Source: Klebsormidium nitens (lineage: Eukaryota > Plantae > Klebsormidiophyceae). From it: DNA of 51,468 bases. Position numbers and translations under genes: made by a program. The stretch covers positions 1 to 51,468 of the forward strand of contig DF237245.1 in NCBI GenBank assembly GCA_000708835.1, read 5' to 3'. This document shows positions 1-12,636 of the stretch, one piece after another (position 1 is the first letter of the stretch; every line of letters starts with the position of its first letter). The notes under the pieces were generated by a model that was not told the origin of the DNA, made no database searches, and saw only the letters and a program-made list of their open reading frames with translations.

Positions 1-1149
1 ATAACTTTTCCTTCGCAGGACAAAACACCATACCCTATGAAGGCGGAAGAAGCTGAGGTGTTTCGCGTGCCAGCTGGCGTCCTCTGCGCAGTACCTACGT
101 AATTGGAGACAGCTAGCAAGCGGCAAGCCAGGTGGACCAAACTTGAACGCCCCAGGTGAATAGGTTGGCAACCTGAACCATGTTCCAGCAGCCAAACGGC
201 TAATTGCCCGGGACAGAAACCTGGTGGGATTGACCCTCCCATACTAGGTAGGGTCACCTTCGAAACCCCAAAGTTTGGTGTTCGGGCAAAGGGGGGGCAA
301 GGCCGCAAAGCGCCGTTTGAAGGAGGAGTACAGGGCCGGTTTACGTAGGTTTTACAGCCAAGAAGCTGATAACCTGCTTCCAACACTCGCTTAACCCTCC
401 CCTCAGACCAACCGAGGACCGCATCGGCCTCGGGACATCCCCAAAATGCAATCTTAACCGTCCAAGCTGGATATTTTCTCATCTAACGGTGTCGATCATG
501 GTTCGGGGCGTTTCGGTAGTGTTTGGTCCCCCTGCGGCAAGCCCCCTCCTTCCGATGATCAATCTACGGTGCGGGTTTCCCGGGCCAGGCCGGGCCGGGC
601 CCGGTTGCATTTCTTTGTGCTATTCTGAACCCGTCCGATGACAGTTTGACGGCCGCGATGAAAACTCTTCGTGTCACATGGTAAGTTGCTCATTGAAGGA
701 TTCAAATTTCAGCTAGAGACTTCGGTCAACTTCGGTTACCTACACCAGGTACCGTACCGTCGTGAGGGAGCTCACGTTGTGACTACCGGTACGCGAGACT
801 GTGACTCGGGACTCTAGGCACGAAGCAAACCTGGTCTAACCCTGTACTGACCTCTACCGGCTAGCAGTGACCGGGGCCCCTATTAAAGCGGCTTACATCG
901 TAGCCATTCTTAAGAAGCACAGCGCTATCCGACGGTGTGGAACATGGTTCTCAGTTTCTGGCCTGGGGTTCCATGATTACGAGCCTTCAAATTCGGAGAA
1001 AACAGTTGGAAAAGCGCTCAGGTGCAAAAAGTCCTTCCACCAGCGGAATTGGAGCTGAAGCTGAAGCCAAAGCCAAAGCAGTTGCTGGAGATCCCCTTGG
1101 ATCGCTTTGCTCTTTGCTTGCAGCTGGGGCGCAGGTTTAGGAAGCAATC

Positions 1150-4100
1150 ATGGCTTTTGGCGGCTATGGAGTGCAGGGGATGCTTAAGGATGGGCACAAG
1201 CTGCTGTCTGGTTTGGATGAGGCCGTGCTCAAGAACATCGAGGCGTGCAAGCAGCTGTCAAAGATTACAAGGTCATCGCTGGGGCCAAATGGTGCGGTTT
1301 CTTCCGCAACCACCCTGATAAGTTAGCTCTGGAAGCAGATGGGTGCAGATTGAATTTGGATTTACTTCATGCATTGATTTGTAAGAAGTGAATGCAGGTG
1401 GTCTTCGTTAGGTTCAGTGATGAAAAGTTGTGCTGTTTTAGGTGGTCGATAAGTTTCTCATGTTTTTCGCTTTAGGCAGATTGGACGGACCTTGTGCGTT
1501 CACATGTTGCTTTAGCAGACAATCCATGTGGTGCTAGCACCCTTGCAGAATGCACTTTCTAGTTTCAGAATGAAGGTTGCTTTGCTCAAAATGAAGGCTG
1601 CTTAACGGCATCGTTATACTCTTTACGGCATCGTTATACTCTTTACGGAGGTGTATGTGCTCTCAAGATATTCATACAATGGAAGCCGCCACAGGGTTCT
1701 GACCAGCACAGCTTAGCAAAATCCTGTCTCCAAGAATGGACGTTAGATAACGTGAAAGTTTCAATTCATTACTTGGTAAAGGTGGTGTAAGATCTTGCGC
1801 TCTACGCTGCTAGTTCCAAAATTCTTCCAGTAGGTACTTTTTGAGCCATCAAGTGCTTTGAACCACACCGTCTTGCATCAACCAATTGCATCAAAATTCA
1901 ACCCCCACCAAAAAGTCAGCCTGGTCTGGCGTAAGTTCAAACAGGTTATGTGCTGTTCAAAAGACTGTTTGTATTGCAATCAGATGATGCACTGTTAGAC
2001 GAGTGGCCATTCATTCTGTGCCTGTAAAGTTTGGAATCAGGTGGTCCCTGAAGCTTAAGACGTCCAACTCTCTGCAGGCATGAACAAGATGGTGATCAAC
2101 CATCTAGACAAGCTCTTTGTCACTAGCGACGCCGCCACGATTGTGAACGAACTAGAGGTGGCACACCCCGCAGCCAAGCTGCTGGTTTTAGCTGGCAAAG
2201 CGCAGCAAGAGGAAATCGGGGATGGCACAAACCTGGTGGTCACATTAGCAGGAGAGCTGCTCCAAGGAGCAGAGGACCTGATAAGAAGCGGCCTGCACCC
2301 TAGTGAAATCCTGGCTGGGTACAACAAGGCATGCCAAAAAGTGAGGCCACCGCTGTGTTCGCCAATGCGAAAGTCTCATTCCAATCAGGCGATGAGATTC
2401 TTGTTCCGTTCGCGCAGAAATGCATCAAATCTGTGTGTCTCTGTCATCTGATGTCCCATCAAGGCGCCGCTTGTGCCCTGCAGTGGTACCACCTCTAGCT
2501 GTCCGCTGTCTCTCAAAAGCAAGAGGAAAATGTCGAGCTCTAATTGAGGCTTTTGCTACATCAACGGCCCATTGCAGCACTCATGCCTGGTGCTCGTCTG
2601 CTTCTGCAGGTGCTGGAATACCTGGAGGCTCTAGTGGAGCCAGGCTCGGACAAGATTGACGTTCGGAACAAGGATGATGTGGCAAAGCGGATGACTGCGG
2701 CAGTGGCAAGCAAGCAGTATGGCCAGGAGGATATTCTCTGCCCCCTGATAGCCGAGGTGAGGCTACCTTGCCTCTTCTTGTTGTTGCTGTGTGTATGGCA
2801 AATCTGGCTGCCGAGACATAGGACAAATTTCCCCTCCGGCCTATGTGCAACCCCTTGAGCTTAGAACAATCTGATGCTGATGTCGCTTGCCTTTAGTAGC
2901 AGATTGGGATCTGGTTGATGATACAGTGAGAGCTGGCAGGTTTCATAGAAGCTTTCAGAGGAGCCTTGCACCCCGGCGGAGCATAGTGAGTCGATGCAAG
3001 CACATACTCCTCAGAATGCAGAGGCTGTTCACACAAGCGCTTCTTCTCCCCAAGGCATTTGTCGTCTTCCTGATCCCATCCTGGTCCTTTCATAGTGACC
3101 GTACAAGAAAGTGAGAGGAGACTTGAGTGAGCCCTCACTGTCTCCAGGTCCGATCATTGTGAAATCACTCCACAGGCGCTGACTACTTAAGCAAGCTCCC
3201 AACTTCCACCTTATTCTCCCCAGGCCTGTATACAAGTGGCCCCCAAGAACCCGGCCAACTTCAACGTGGACAACGTGCGGGTGGCCAAGATCGTGGGAGG
3301 TTCCATCTACGACAGCAACGTGGTGCAGGGGATGGTGATCAAGCGGGACGCAGAAGGAACCATCAAAAGGGCAGAGAAGGCTAAGGTGACCGTTCTTCGT
3401 CCCTCCCACATTCTTTTTCTTGTGCTGCGCAGTAGAGAATTCGGGTGGACTTTTGATCAACACTTAAGTAGTGGGACGCGGGAAGGAGCCAGTACTTGAG
3501 CAGCTTTCCTCTGTTTGGCGGCTGCTTGGACATAACCGCGACGGAGACGGAGGGCATGAATCCAATCAAAGACTCTTAGCAAGGCACCCTCCAACTTTCG
3601 CAGCCCTGAGTTACATCTACAGTGGGTATGCATACCAGCCTTACCAGGTATTGAGACGCTCACCTGTCACCGCTTCCTCGCAGATCGCCGTCTTTGGCGG
3701 CGGTTTGGATACCTCTGCAACCGAGACGAAGGGCACGGTGCTCATTGAGAGCGCGGCGCAGCTAGAGGGGTACACCAAAAGCGAAGAGGACAAGATGGAG
3801 GCGCTGATCAAGGCGATTGCGGACTCGGGCGCCAAGGTGGTCGTCAGCGGGCAGGCGGTGGGGGAGGTCGCAATGCACTTCTGCGAGCGGTACAAGTGAG
3901 CCGGCCCAAGTATCGTTCGTCAGGTGGCTCGAGTGGCTCCTCGGGCAAGCAATTTGAGGAACTACAGTTGCTTACGCGGTCCAAAATACTGCGTTGCAGA
4001 TGCCGTGCACTTCTGCGAGCAGTAGAAGTGCGATTGCGCCAAGGACTTTTGGCGTTGATTTATCTGACTCCTTTTGCGTTCGGTTTCAAGCAAAAAATTC

Positions 4101-7100
4101 TGCTGTGACGATTGAGATAGTTTCACGAATACTCCATGCGCCTTAGCGAGCGTTTCAAGTGAGCAGGCCAGGAATTTGTTACCTGAGCTGTAGTGTGGCA
4201 GACCACAGGGCTCCGTTCGTTTCCAACAGGCGCCCTGCATTGTCTTACACTCGTTGTGCGGACCGTTTCGGAGAGTCTGATTCGTTTGCGACAAAATGTT
4301 CCGACTGCTGTTTTAAGTAGGATTTGGTTTGCCCTAAATTGTCAAGAAGGGTGCACAAACCCTCCAAACGCGAGTGGGGCGAAGAGGATGGGGCATAGAC
4401 TGCCCGTACAAACAAAAGCAGGTGTAGGCCGCGGATGCTTTTGAAGTTGTCAGTGCAGTGAGTATGTAGTTTTGAATCTGTCTTTTCCCCCTGCAGGCTT
4501 ATGGTCCTGAAGATCCTATCCAAGTTCGAGCTGCGTAGATTCTGCAGAGCCACAAACTCGACGTCATTGGTGAGAGCATCTTCCTTGATTGCTTGCCAAA
4601 GCAAACAGATTGATACCGACAAACGTATGATTGAAGTCGCAGTTGCAAAGGTTGCCGAGTGATGCGTTGAGTCCGCTCTCTTTTGCTGGAGCTCTTGCAA
4701 GTCCTGTGTCTTGGTCTCTCTTCCTTCTCATTGCCAGAGCCAAAGGACGGAGAACGTAAACCTCCGTTGTCAAGTCAAGTCCTGGCGCCCCTTGGCTGGA
4801 ATCCCTTCTATGAAAGGCCGGAAGGTACCCTCGTGACTCGTTCCACCATTGACGAAAGGGGTGCTCACCAAGGCGGGGTCAAATCGGCGATGCTAGTCCA
4901 CGTCACTGCTCGCAAGGCCCGGCTGATTGGCTGAGCTCGCTTGGGCTGTCCTGTCACTTGAAGCTTATTTGCGCTGGGCTTTTCGTGCGCAGGTGCAAGT
5001 GGGCAAGCCCGAGGCTGACGAGCTTGGTTACGCTGACATTGTAGAGGCGCAGGAAATCGGGGGGCAACGGGTGAGCTCTCTGCTCGAGGATTCGCATTGT
5101 TCGACTGTAGAAAGGGGCTCAGAGCTGGTACAAAATGGACTTTGTTCTAGTTTCGTGCATGCTGTTTGCAGTGATCCGTCGTAAGCTGTATTCTACGTTC
5201 AGGACATGATTTGCACTCATTTTGTGCTGCCATTCGAAATTGTTTTCCGAATGGTAGTTGTGCTTGGAAGCGGGGTCTGTTCATGAGCTTTTGGACGCTT
5301 TCCCTCTTCTTTTCAAATCCTGGAGCCCGAATCTGGAGAAGTCGAATTTTCCAATTGTGCTAACTCACGCATATTGATACGTCTATTCTATGCATTTTTT
5401 GCTCGTGACGCCTTCCAACCTGAGGTGACTTCGTTCGCCATTGCTACCGTCAACACAGATTCAGATTCAACGACTGTGTTTTCCCCAGCAAATTGACACT
5501 GAATTCTTAACAAGGTTTCGAATTTAAGTACAACATCTGTGTCCGTCAGGTAACAATCGTGAGGAACGAGACTGGCGGCAACCACATCGCCACCGTGGTG
5601 GTCCGAGCTAGTACAGACAACATCGCTGATGACATCGAACGGGCCATCGAGGACGGTGTGAATGCCTACAAGGTGAGGGGCCTCTCTCATTGTTGCCATC
5701 TCTACTTATCATTCCCTTCCTTTGTTGCTCTCGTTTATCCTCCCTTTTTGGCTGCTTCCTGGTTATATTGAGTCAAATGAGCAGTCTAGTTTTTGTGTAT
5801 TTTGAAGCGTGTAAGCATATGTATTGAGGCGGCTCCGAGTAACGGCACAAATTGTCGACTTCCATTGGCTCGAGCTCCCTTCTAAACTGGAAGAGACTTT
5901 CTTTCTCTTCGCTGATTGAAAGACCCGTTTATAGGTGCGCTGGCAAAAAAAGTATTTTTGTGTTTTCACTTCGCTTCGTGGGTTAGCGCCCACCCAAGCT
6001 TGAACCCAGCTGCGGATTCCCCCATGCATCCCCGGACGACGAAAGGAAGTCCATAGAAATCTTTATGGAAACTGGCCTGTGACGGTCGGATTGGAAGTCT
6101 GACGAAAGAATAATACCTCATGCTCGCAGGCGATGGGCAAGGACCCGCGCTTGGTTGCCGGCGCGGGCGCCACCGAGATAGAGCTCGCCAAGAGGCTGAG
6201 GGAGTATGGCAGGAAGGAAACCGGGTGAGCGAGCAGCTCCGCCTTACCTGCCTTTATGCGTTCTTCTGCTGTTGTCCTTGCCTTGTATTCTTGCCCGGTT
6301 ATCCTTGAGTCTGGTCACTAGGACAGTCTTTCCGGATGGTCCAATCACCAGGACATACTTCGTGTTTTCTCTGGTCAACTTTGCAATTCTCTACTGTTTG
6401 GGATTCTGCCAGACCAGATGATTCTGTTTGGTGTAGCGGTCGTGACATTTGTGTGCAGAGACCATGACAGCAATCAAGCCTATGCTATGGCGGCCTTGGT
6501 TCCGGTGAACATCTTCCTGCAATCGTAAATATCCAGAGTGTTGAATCCACTTGCGATGCCATTGAATCTCAATTGGCCTTTCCAGCAAGCTTCCCTGTGC
6601 CAGACAGGAGACCAGCTCACGGCAGGACTGTTTTGTTTCTGCCATCTCAATCAATGCTGTATCCATCGCCGTTTGCCCAGGCTGGACCAATACGCTATCC
6701 ACAAGTTCGCGGACAGCCTGGAGGTGGTCCCCCGGACGCTGTCCGAGAACGCGGGCCTCAACGCGACGGACATCATCAGCGGTCTGTACGCTGCTCACGC
6801 GCGTGGGGAGCACAAGGCCGGGATCAACGTCGACGAGGGGACCATCCAGGATCTGACGACAAAGAGCGTCTGGGACCTGTACGCAACAAAGTGAGGTTCT
6901 GGTCGGGACGCGCGCGAGAATCTTTGGGCACTGAGTTTTTTCGACAGGCTCTGCTTTACCCGTTCCATTGCAACTTCCACGTGTTTCATTTTTGTGATGG
7001 CGATTCTGGTGCTGGACGAAGAGAAACTTAAGTACGACGGCTAAGTGCGGCCTTTACTTTGTGGCAACTCTCTTCGCGACAGAGAGAGTTTGGTGAAGTA

Positions 7101-7952
7101 TTTTTTCATTGCTGCTGCGAGGAACACGGCAATCTTGCGTGGCTCCGCGCGCGAGGCCGGTTCTTTGCAGACGTCCCCTGAATGGACGGACTGATCAAGG
7201 CATGATTATTGACAGAAAGGTCCGAGAGTACCCTTTCTCTGTGTAACAAAGCAAACGGTTTAAACCGACCCACTGCAAGAAAGCGGGCTCTCTTCAGACT
7301 GCCTTCTGAATTACAAGCCTGGTTGCCCGAGAACTCCTAAGACCTGTCTGGACGAACTTGATTTTACACGAAATCAAACATTACGACAAGCATGGGAGGA
7401 AAGCATCCGAGACGAGCTGTGCTAACCTTGTCGATCTTGCTTGCGACTGTGGATAAGGGGGACGTTTGGGACACAACGGCCACATCGCAAAACATGTAGC
7501 AGGCCAACACACAAAGCCGGCAATTTCGACTGCTGACCAACATCATTGTCGCTACAGGTACTGGGCCATCCGCCTCGCCGCTGATGCTGTGGTCACCGTC
7601 CTGCGCGTAGATCAGGTGAGATAAAAACAAGAGAAGCATGCTCTGCCCTTTATCTTCGGTTCCCTCTTGAATCGGGATTGTGGTTGGTGGACCTTCTTTC
7701 ACTTTTCGGCCGTCTAGCTTTGTCTTAGAATCTCCTTGATTTCAAAGGATCTTTTTCCATTTTTCCTGCACCGCTGCTCCTCAAAAATAGAATACGGTAT
7801 TTAATTGCACGCGTTGTTGAATAGGCTCCTTACGTGGTCGGATACTTGTGACATTTGCTCTAAGGACGAATCTTCTGAATCTGCAGATTATCATGGCCAA
7901 GCAAGCTGGCGGGCCAAAGAAACCTGAAGCCGGCGGAATGGACGAAGACTAG
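1150..7952 (+). CDS. CCT8: T-complex protein 1 subunit theta (chaperonin CCT8), 12 exons, 542 aa
   Basis: join(1150-1291,2078-2340,2610-2756,3224-3385,3684-3895,4497-4569,4993-5070,5550-5672,6130-6224,6681-6890,7558-7615,7887-7952) = 1629 nt, all GT-AG, phases consistent. Motifs: MLKDGHK..GLDEAVLKNIEACK, SLGPNGMNKMVINHL.KLFVTSDAATI, QQEEIGDGTNLVV, SKFELRRFC, C-terminal VLRVDQIIMAKQAGGPK. Confidence 0.97.
1605..1648. repeat. Direct tandem duplication, 20-nt unit x2.2, in CCT8 intron 1
   Basis: acggcatcgttatactcttt x2 followed by acgg. Confidence 0.9.
3999..4032 (+). repeat. Decayed intronic copy of the CCT8 exon-5 3' end plus donor
   Basis: tgcacttctgcgagcagtagaa/gtgcg (4006-4032) versus the exon end tgcacttctgcgagcggtacaa/gtgag (3874-3900). 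Preceded by gttgcag. Confidence 0.75.
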
Positions 7953-8877
7953 AATCCGGATGAAGCATTTTCTTTGAAACTCAAAGAGAAAGCTTTCTTG
8001 CTGCAATCTCCAAATACGCGACCTGCCGTCCATGGGGGCATTGACCCAAGAAAGTGCGGGGCAAGTGGGATGATGAACGTTCTGCCAAACGGATTGTCCT
8101 CAAGCCTCATTCTCATTGCCATGCAGCCTTCGCATTACAATCACACGATGTCAGCTCTGCCGCTCTTCTTGGTGCAACTGATTTGGTCGTCAACTTAGAC
8201 CCGCATTGCTGAGATCGGACATGACATGGGCATCATATCGTTAAGGTTGCCTGGCTGCGGTCGTGTGGGGCAGACTCTCCTTTTTGTTCATGATCGAATT
8301 TGGATGGGGCCTAATTTGCGACATACGGTGCCCTCCAGCATCAGTGTGCACTCTGCCTAGGTACAATGATATAGCAGAGTATAATTCATACTATAAAAGT
8401 CGACGGCCGCCGGCCAGGCCGTGAAGGGGATATCGGACAGCTAGTCAGGCATGCCGCCATATGTGCACTACCGCATGCCATGCTTAATTCTACTGAGGGC
8501 GCATGCAACATAGTGAATTAGGTTCATATGCAGCGATGTTTATAGCCCGCCGATCGTGGTGAATGAATCTGGTCAGTGGACCGAGTTTGTAATCCCAGAA
8601 CTCTAGCGTTGTTTTAATGATGCAATCTCCTTCACATCAGATCTGCTCCCCTTAATTGGCCCGGTCATGTTGAGCGCAAACATTCAGACAAGCTCGATTT
8701 AGCCCTATGCAAGGATCGTCAACTGAGCATGTTGTATCATATAGCGGGGGTTCCGCATCGCCATAAGAGATGCAGGAGAATTAATGATAGTCGGGCGGCT
8801 TTGCCGTGATTGCTGCTTTAGAGAAGCAAGACAGAAATCAATTGGGCCCTGGCCTGGCAGGCCCTCTAATGTCCGCA

Positions 8878-11800
8878 CTACTGATAGACGAGGAACGTGT
8901 CAGTTTTGCAATATCTTGCTGCAAAGCGCCTGCCATCCGGGGTCGGTTGAGAAAAAGCACACGTAGATGGCTCCAAAACGCAGCCCGTGACGAAGGATGA
9001 CCTGCAGCACAGGGTCGGTCGTCAATGAAAATGTTCTTTTGGCGCATTAACTTTCGATGACGTTCTTGGAGCTGACAATAGCGCGTTTTCTCAGTACCAG
9101 CTATATCTGCCACGTGTCGTGTGCTCACTTTGAAGTGCCTCCTTAAACGGCGGTCTGCTATAGGAAGCGTTGAGGCTAGGATTTTACCGTTCTTTGATCT
9201 TGTTCGAAGCGGCTGTTTCAAGACTCAGAAAACAACCAAGAACCTCCGCACGCTGACATCCGAGCCGCTCATTGACCGTTCACTGCACCCTTGCTTCAGA
9301 CCGACAGAAAAGCAGGAGGCGATATGTGACGATCCTGTGCAATCAGCTGACCACTTCTGGAAATAACTTCGTCAGCGCCTCAATTGCAGGCAAACTCTCA
9401 TTGTAAACCAAGTTGCAAGGATTCCCGAGAGCCCCTCAGAACCTTCAGCCCGGATCGAGCCAGAACTAGGAGTGCGAGAAAGAAAGATACAATCCAGTCA
9501 GAGTGATACACACCTCATTGCATCCATAAGTGCCGTGGCGACCCCTTTTCGCCGCTCCGCCTTGCGCACCCAAATCGCCCGCACCCCGCACGTCGCTCGC
9601 ACCGCCTCCGTTCGGCACATGAGCGCCTGCGGCTCCCCCACTAACGTCAATTCCTTCACTTCGGACGTCCGCTTTTCGCTCTTCACCCGCTTCCTGCCGG
9701 ACGCTGACATCATCTGGGCGTATAGGGAGGGGCGCCCCTGGAGGGCTCTCGGGCCTTCCGACGGTTTTTTAGGCCGAGCTGATTGTTGGGACGGGAGGGG
9801 TTTTGGGGTTTCGAACTTCGATTCGGTGAATGGTTGAAGCCGCTCTGGTTGTCCGAGGGGCTCGGAAAGTTGTGGAGTTGGGGACGGGAGTTGACAGGGC
9901 TGCTGCAACGCATCCACCGCTGGGCATTCGTGTTGCGTCACAGCCACAGGGTATCTTTCAGGCGCGGCAGCTGATTGGCCGGAGCTCGGTCCCGTGCCTT
10001 GCCGCCCTCTTCGACTTGGACCCGTTTCCGGATCCACTCGCCGCTCCAAACATTCCCCCACGAAGTCCGGATGCCCATCGCCTACGCTACTAACGTCAAA
10101 AGAGTTTGATTCACCTGCGTGCTGTGCCGGTTTACCTGTACCTGTCGGCTGTCCAAACGCTGCTGTCTGTTCGTTCCCTCCATCTAGTTCTTCTTCCCGT
10201 GCTGCCCGCTCGCCAGATCCTATCTCTCCTTCCTTCCCGCCTTCCGCCCGGGCCGTACGACAATGAAATGCTCGCCCAATTTCAGCACCCGCGCGGTCCC
10301 CCTCTCGAGCGCTCCCGGGCTCACCTCTGTTCGTTACGTCAAAGACAGCAGTCGAATCGTCTCGTCCTTGCAAGTCTAAACCTGCCTCCGGAACCCCTGC
10401 TAAACTGTCCCCCCTTCGCCAATCCTCCACGAACCCCTCAACAGGTTCCTCTTCCAACGGCTCAGTCCGGGCCTTTCCCAAACCATCGTCCGCGGTAGCG
10501 ACTGCCCTTTCGACTGTACTCACACCTCCCTTCGCTGAAGTACCGACCTTCTCGACTGGCTGCACTCCTTTCTCGCTCGCTTCCCGGCCGTTGTGTCCCT
10601 CAATCGCCTCCGAAACCTCTCCGCCAACAGAGCCCTCTCTCAAAACGGATCCCGGTGCCCCCTGTGCCACCCCCGAGGCGGCCCCCGGCCCTGGAAAGAC
10701 CCGCCCCGTACTGACGAATGCGTCGCCCTTGCTGACGTCAGCTGCAGGTGTCGCTTCCAGCAGGGCGTCTCTCTGCTCTGCTTCTTGAGGGGGCCGCAGG
10801 AGTATGGTTTTGTAAGCTTGGGAGATGCTCTCGACCATGAGGCAGCCCACGACCTTGGAAGCAGCGATGTACAGATACACCTGGGGGGTTGGAAAGGAGT
10901 GAGAGTATGGGTACTAATTTTCCAACCCGGATTTGCATTCTCAAAGACACAGTGTGGCAATGTCCGTAGCCTAAAGAGAAGCGCTGAGGGGTGTGAAGCA
11001 CAACCAGTCTTCAAACGCCGCTTTACAGGAGGACTAGAGCTGCTCATCCAGGTTTAGTGAAGAATCTCATCTCGGCATTGCGACTCTGATTGGTGGCAAG
11101 TTGCTCCTCTATACCTGCAGTTTAATTGCTAAGCTGCTATCATCCGTTGAGTCACTGTTCTGCCGCTTGTTGTCTCCTAAGAATCTCTGGAAGGGTTGAC
11201 TTGCTGTCAACAAGAGAAGCTCATGAAGACACTGGATGCGCTGGGTTTGTGGCTGAAACTTCTGATTGGTCAAAAGTATCCGTCCAAGTTTTTTTAGTGC
11301 ATCTTGAGCTGGTGAACCAAGTGAAGGTAGACAATGAGTCTGCAGCAAAGATTTGAATGATATAGGGTGCAACCCTCATGCCGTGCGGAGTCCAAGAGTG
11401 GGGCTGCACGGGCCAAACATGATGTACCGCTTGGGTTTTCAGGGCTCACTTTGCAAGGTTTGCTCAGCAGCCACTCCTCTGCCAGTCCGAGGTCCGCCTC
11501 CATCACCGCCGCAACTTCTCTGACCTGCAAACTAATTCAGGTTAGGATGGATAACAAAATTCGGGTTTGCGTAATCAGCCAAACTCACACCTGTGCCACA
11601 GCAAAGTCAGTGTTTGAGTGCCTCGCAAGGTTTACTTGTACAGCAAGATGCTACATAGAAGAAAGGCCACAGCATCCAAAGCGAGAAAAAATAACCCTGG
11701 TTTGTGCGTCGGTGTGCAGTACTTGTGTTCAGAAAGAACGGCAAAGAATGCAGACCCGTGCCTTGCTCAAGGACCGGGTTAGAGCTGCATACGTGCCACC

Positions 11801-12636
11801 GCAAAGAGCCATCACAGTCTTGGGGCAGAGTGTCTCAGTGTGTAGAGCCAAGCTCTGTAAGATCCTCTCCATCCTCTGACAAAGGGTTGGTCTACCTAAT
11901 TGATGCCTAACCTTTCTCTGATGCACTTCGCCGTCTCCCGGCAGGATGAGCACAATCCTCTGATCTGGTCGTCCTGCGACACGAAACGCCCGCTCCTTCT
12001 TCCATCCCTGCACAGCATGAACTTGCGTTTCTGATAAGGCTACCAAATTGCGCACGTCAACGCTCAACGAGTATCTGCAGCTTCTTGCGGAGAGGTGTTT
12101 GACTGGCTCAAACAAGCTGTTTCCGGCAGCGCAATGCAGATTTACTCTCGCTGTCAATGTGGCATGTTCATGTTGCGTTCAACGTTGCAAGCCCAAGCCT
12201 CTCGTGGAGTTGCAGCTACAGAGCTCTTGGCAATTGAAATTTTCCGAAAACCAACAGTCCGCGCTTCGGAAGCCTTCCCTTTAAAGCATTCCGTGAGCCT
12301 TCCAAGCTCACAGCCAGTGAACCCTACCTTGAATGTGATCCCCTGAATATTGAGTGACTCTGCCTGATCCTTGAAATAGTATTGAATATTAAGGGAAATA
12401 GTTTAGGGAAAGGGTTTACTTTATATTAAGCAAATAGTAAAGCTTGTAAGGCCTACCTTGAACGTGATCCCCTCCATAAAGGCCTTGTGGAAGGTCGCGT
12501 GCACCTTGTCGTCCTGCTGCACACCCATTGCATACAGCAGGCCGCACACAGAACACGTGGTGTGCGTGAAATTGGTCTGCCCCAAGTCCAAGAACAGCTG
12601 CTCGTAGTGCCGCTTGGGGCTCGGAGCGCGCCGCAT
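8878..12636 (-). CDS. CTF7: Cohesin acetyltransferase ECO1/CTF7 (C2H2 zinc finger + GNAT domain), at least 5 exons, about 613 aa from ATG 12636; 5' end may extend further
   Basis: complement(join(8878-9001,9514-10880,11450-11524,11912-12007,12457-12636)), GT-AG, phases consistent. Zinc finger QLFLDLGQTNFTHTTCSVCGLLY...DDKVHATFH; GWKKER; VYLYIAASKVVGCLMVE; CGVRAIWVRKAERRKGVATALMD; terminal AFSQPTPDGRRFAARY. An upstream acceptor-like AG exists, so an extra 5' exon cannot be excluded. Confidence 0.93.
12323..12345 (-). repeat. Intronic copy of the ECO1 exon end plus donor, framed as a 15-nt AG..GT micro-exon (GITFK)
   Basis: + strand cctaccttgaatgtgatcccc (12323-12343) versus cctaccttgaacgtgatcccc (12452-12472), one mismatch. 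On the minus strand it reads cag/gggatcacattcaag/gtagg. Confidence 0.8.

Noticed and set aside
1-1149. Short ORFs and a GGGCC-rich tract (about 581-605) upstream of CCT8
   Set aside because: No recognisable protein motif or element boundaries; most likely promoter/UTR sequence.
8330-8800. CATG/ATAT-rich intergenic tract resembling 19040-19900 and 26080-26900, possibly one repeat family
   Set aside because: Only compositional similarity; I could not align the tracts or find element ends.
9994-11057. Several overlapping plus-strand ORFs of 90-154 aa
   Set aside because: Antisense shadows of the GC-rich ECO1 large exon, with no motifs or splice support.
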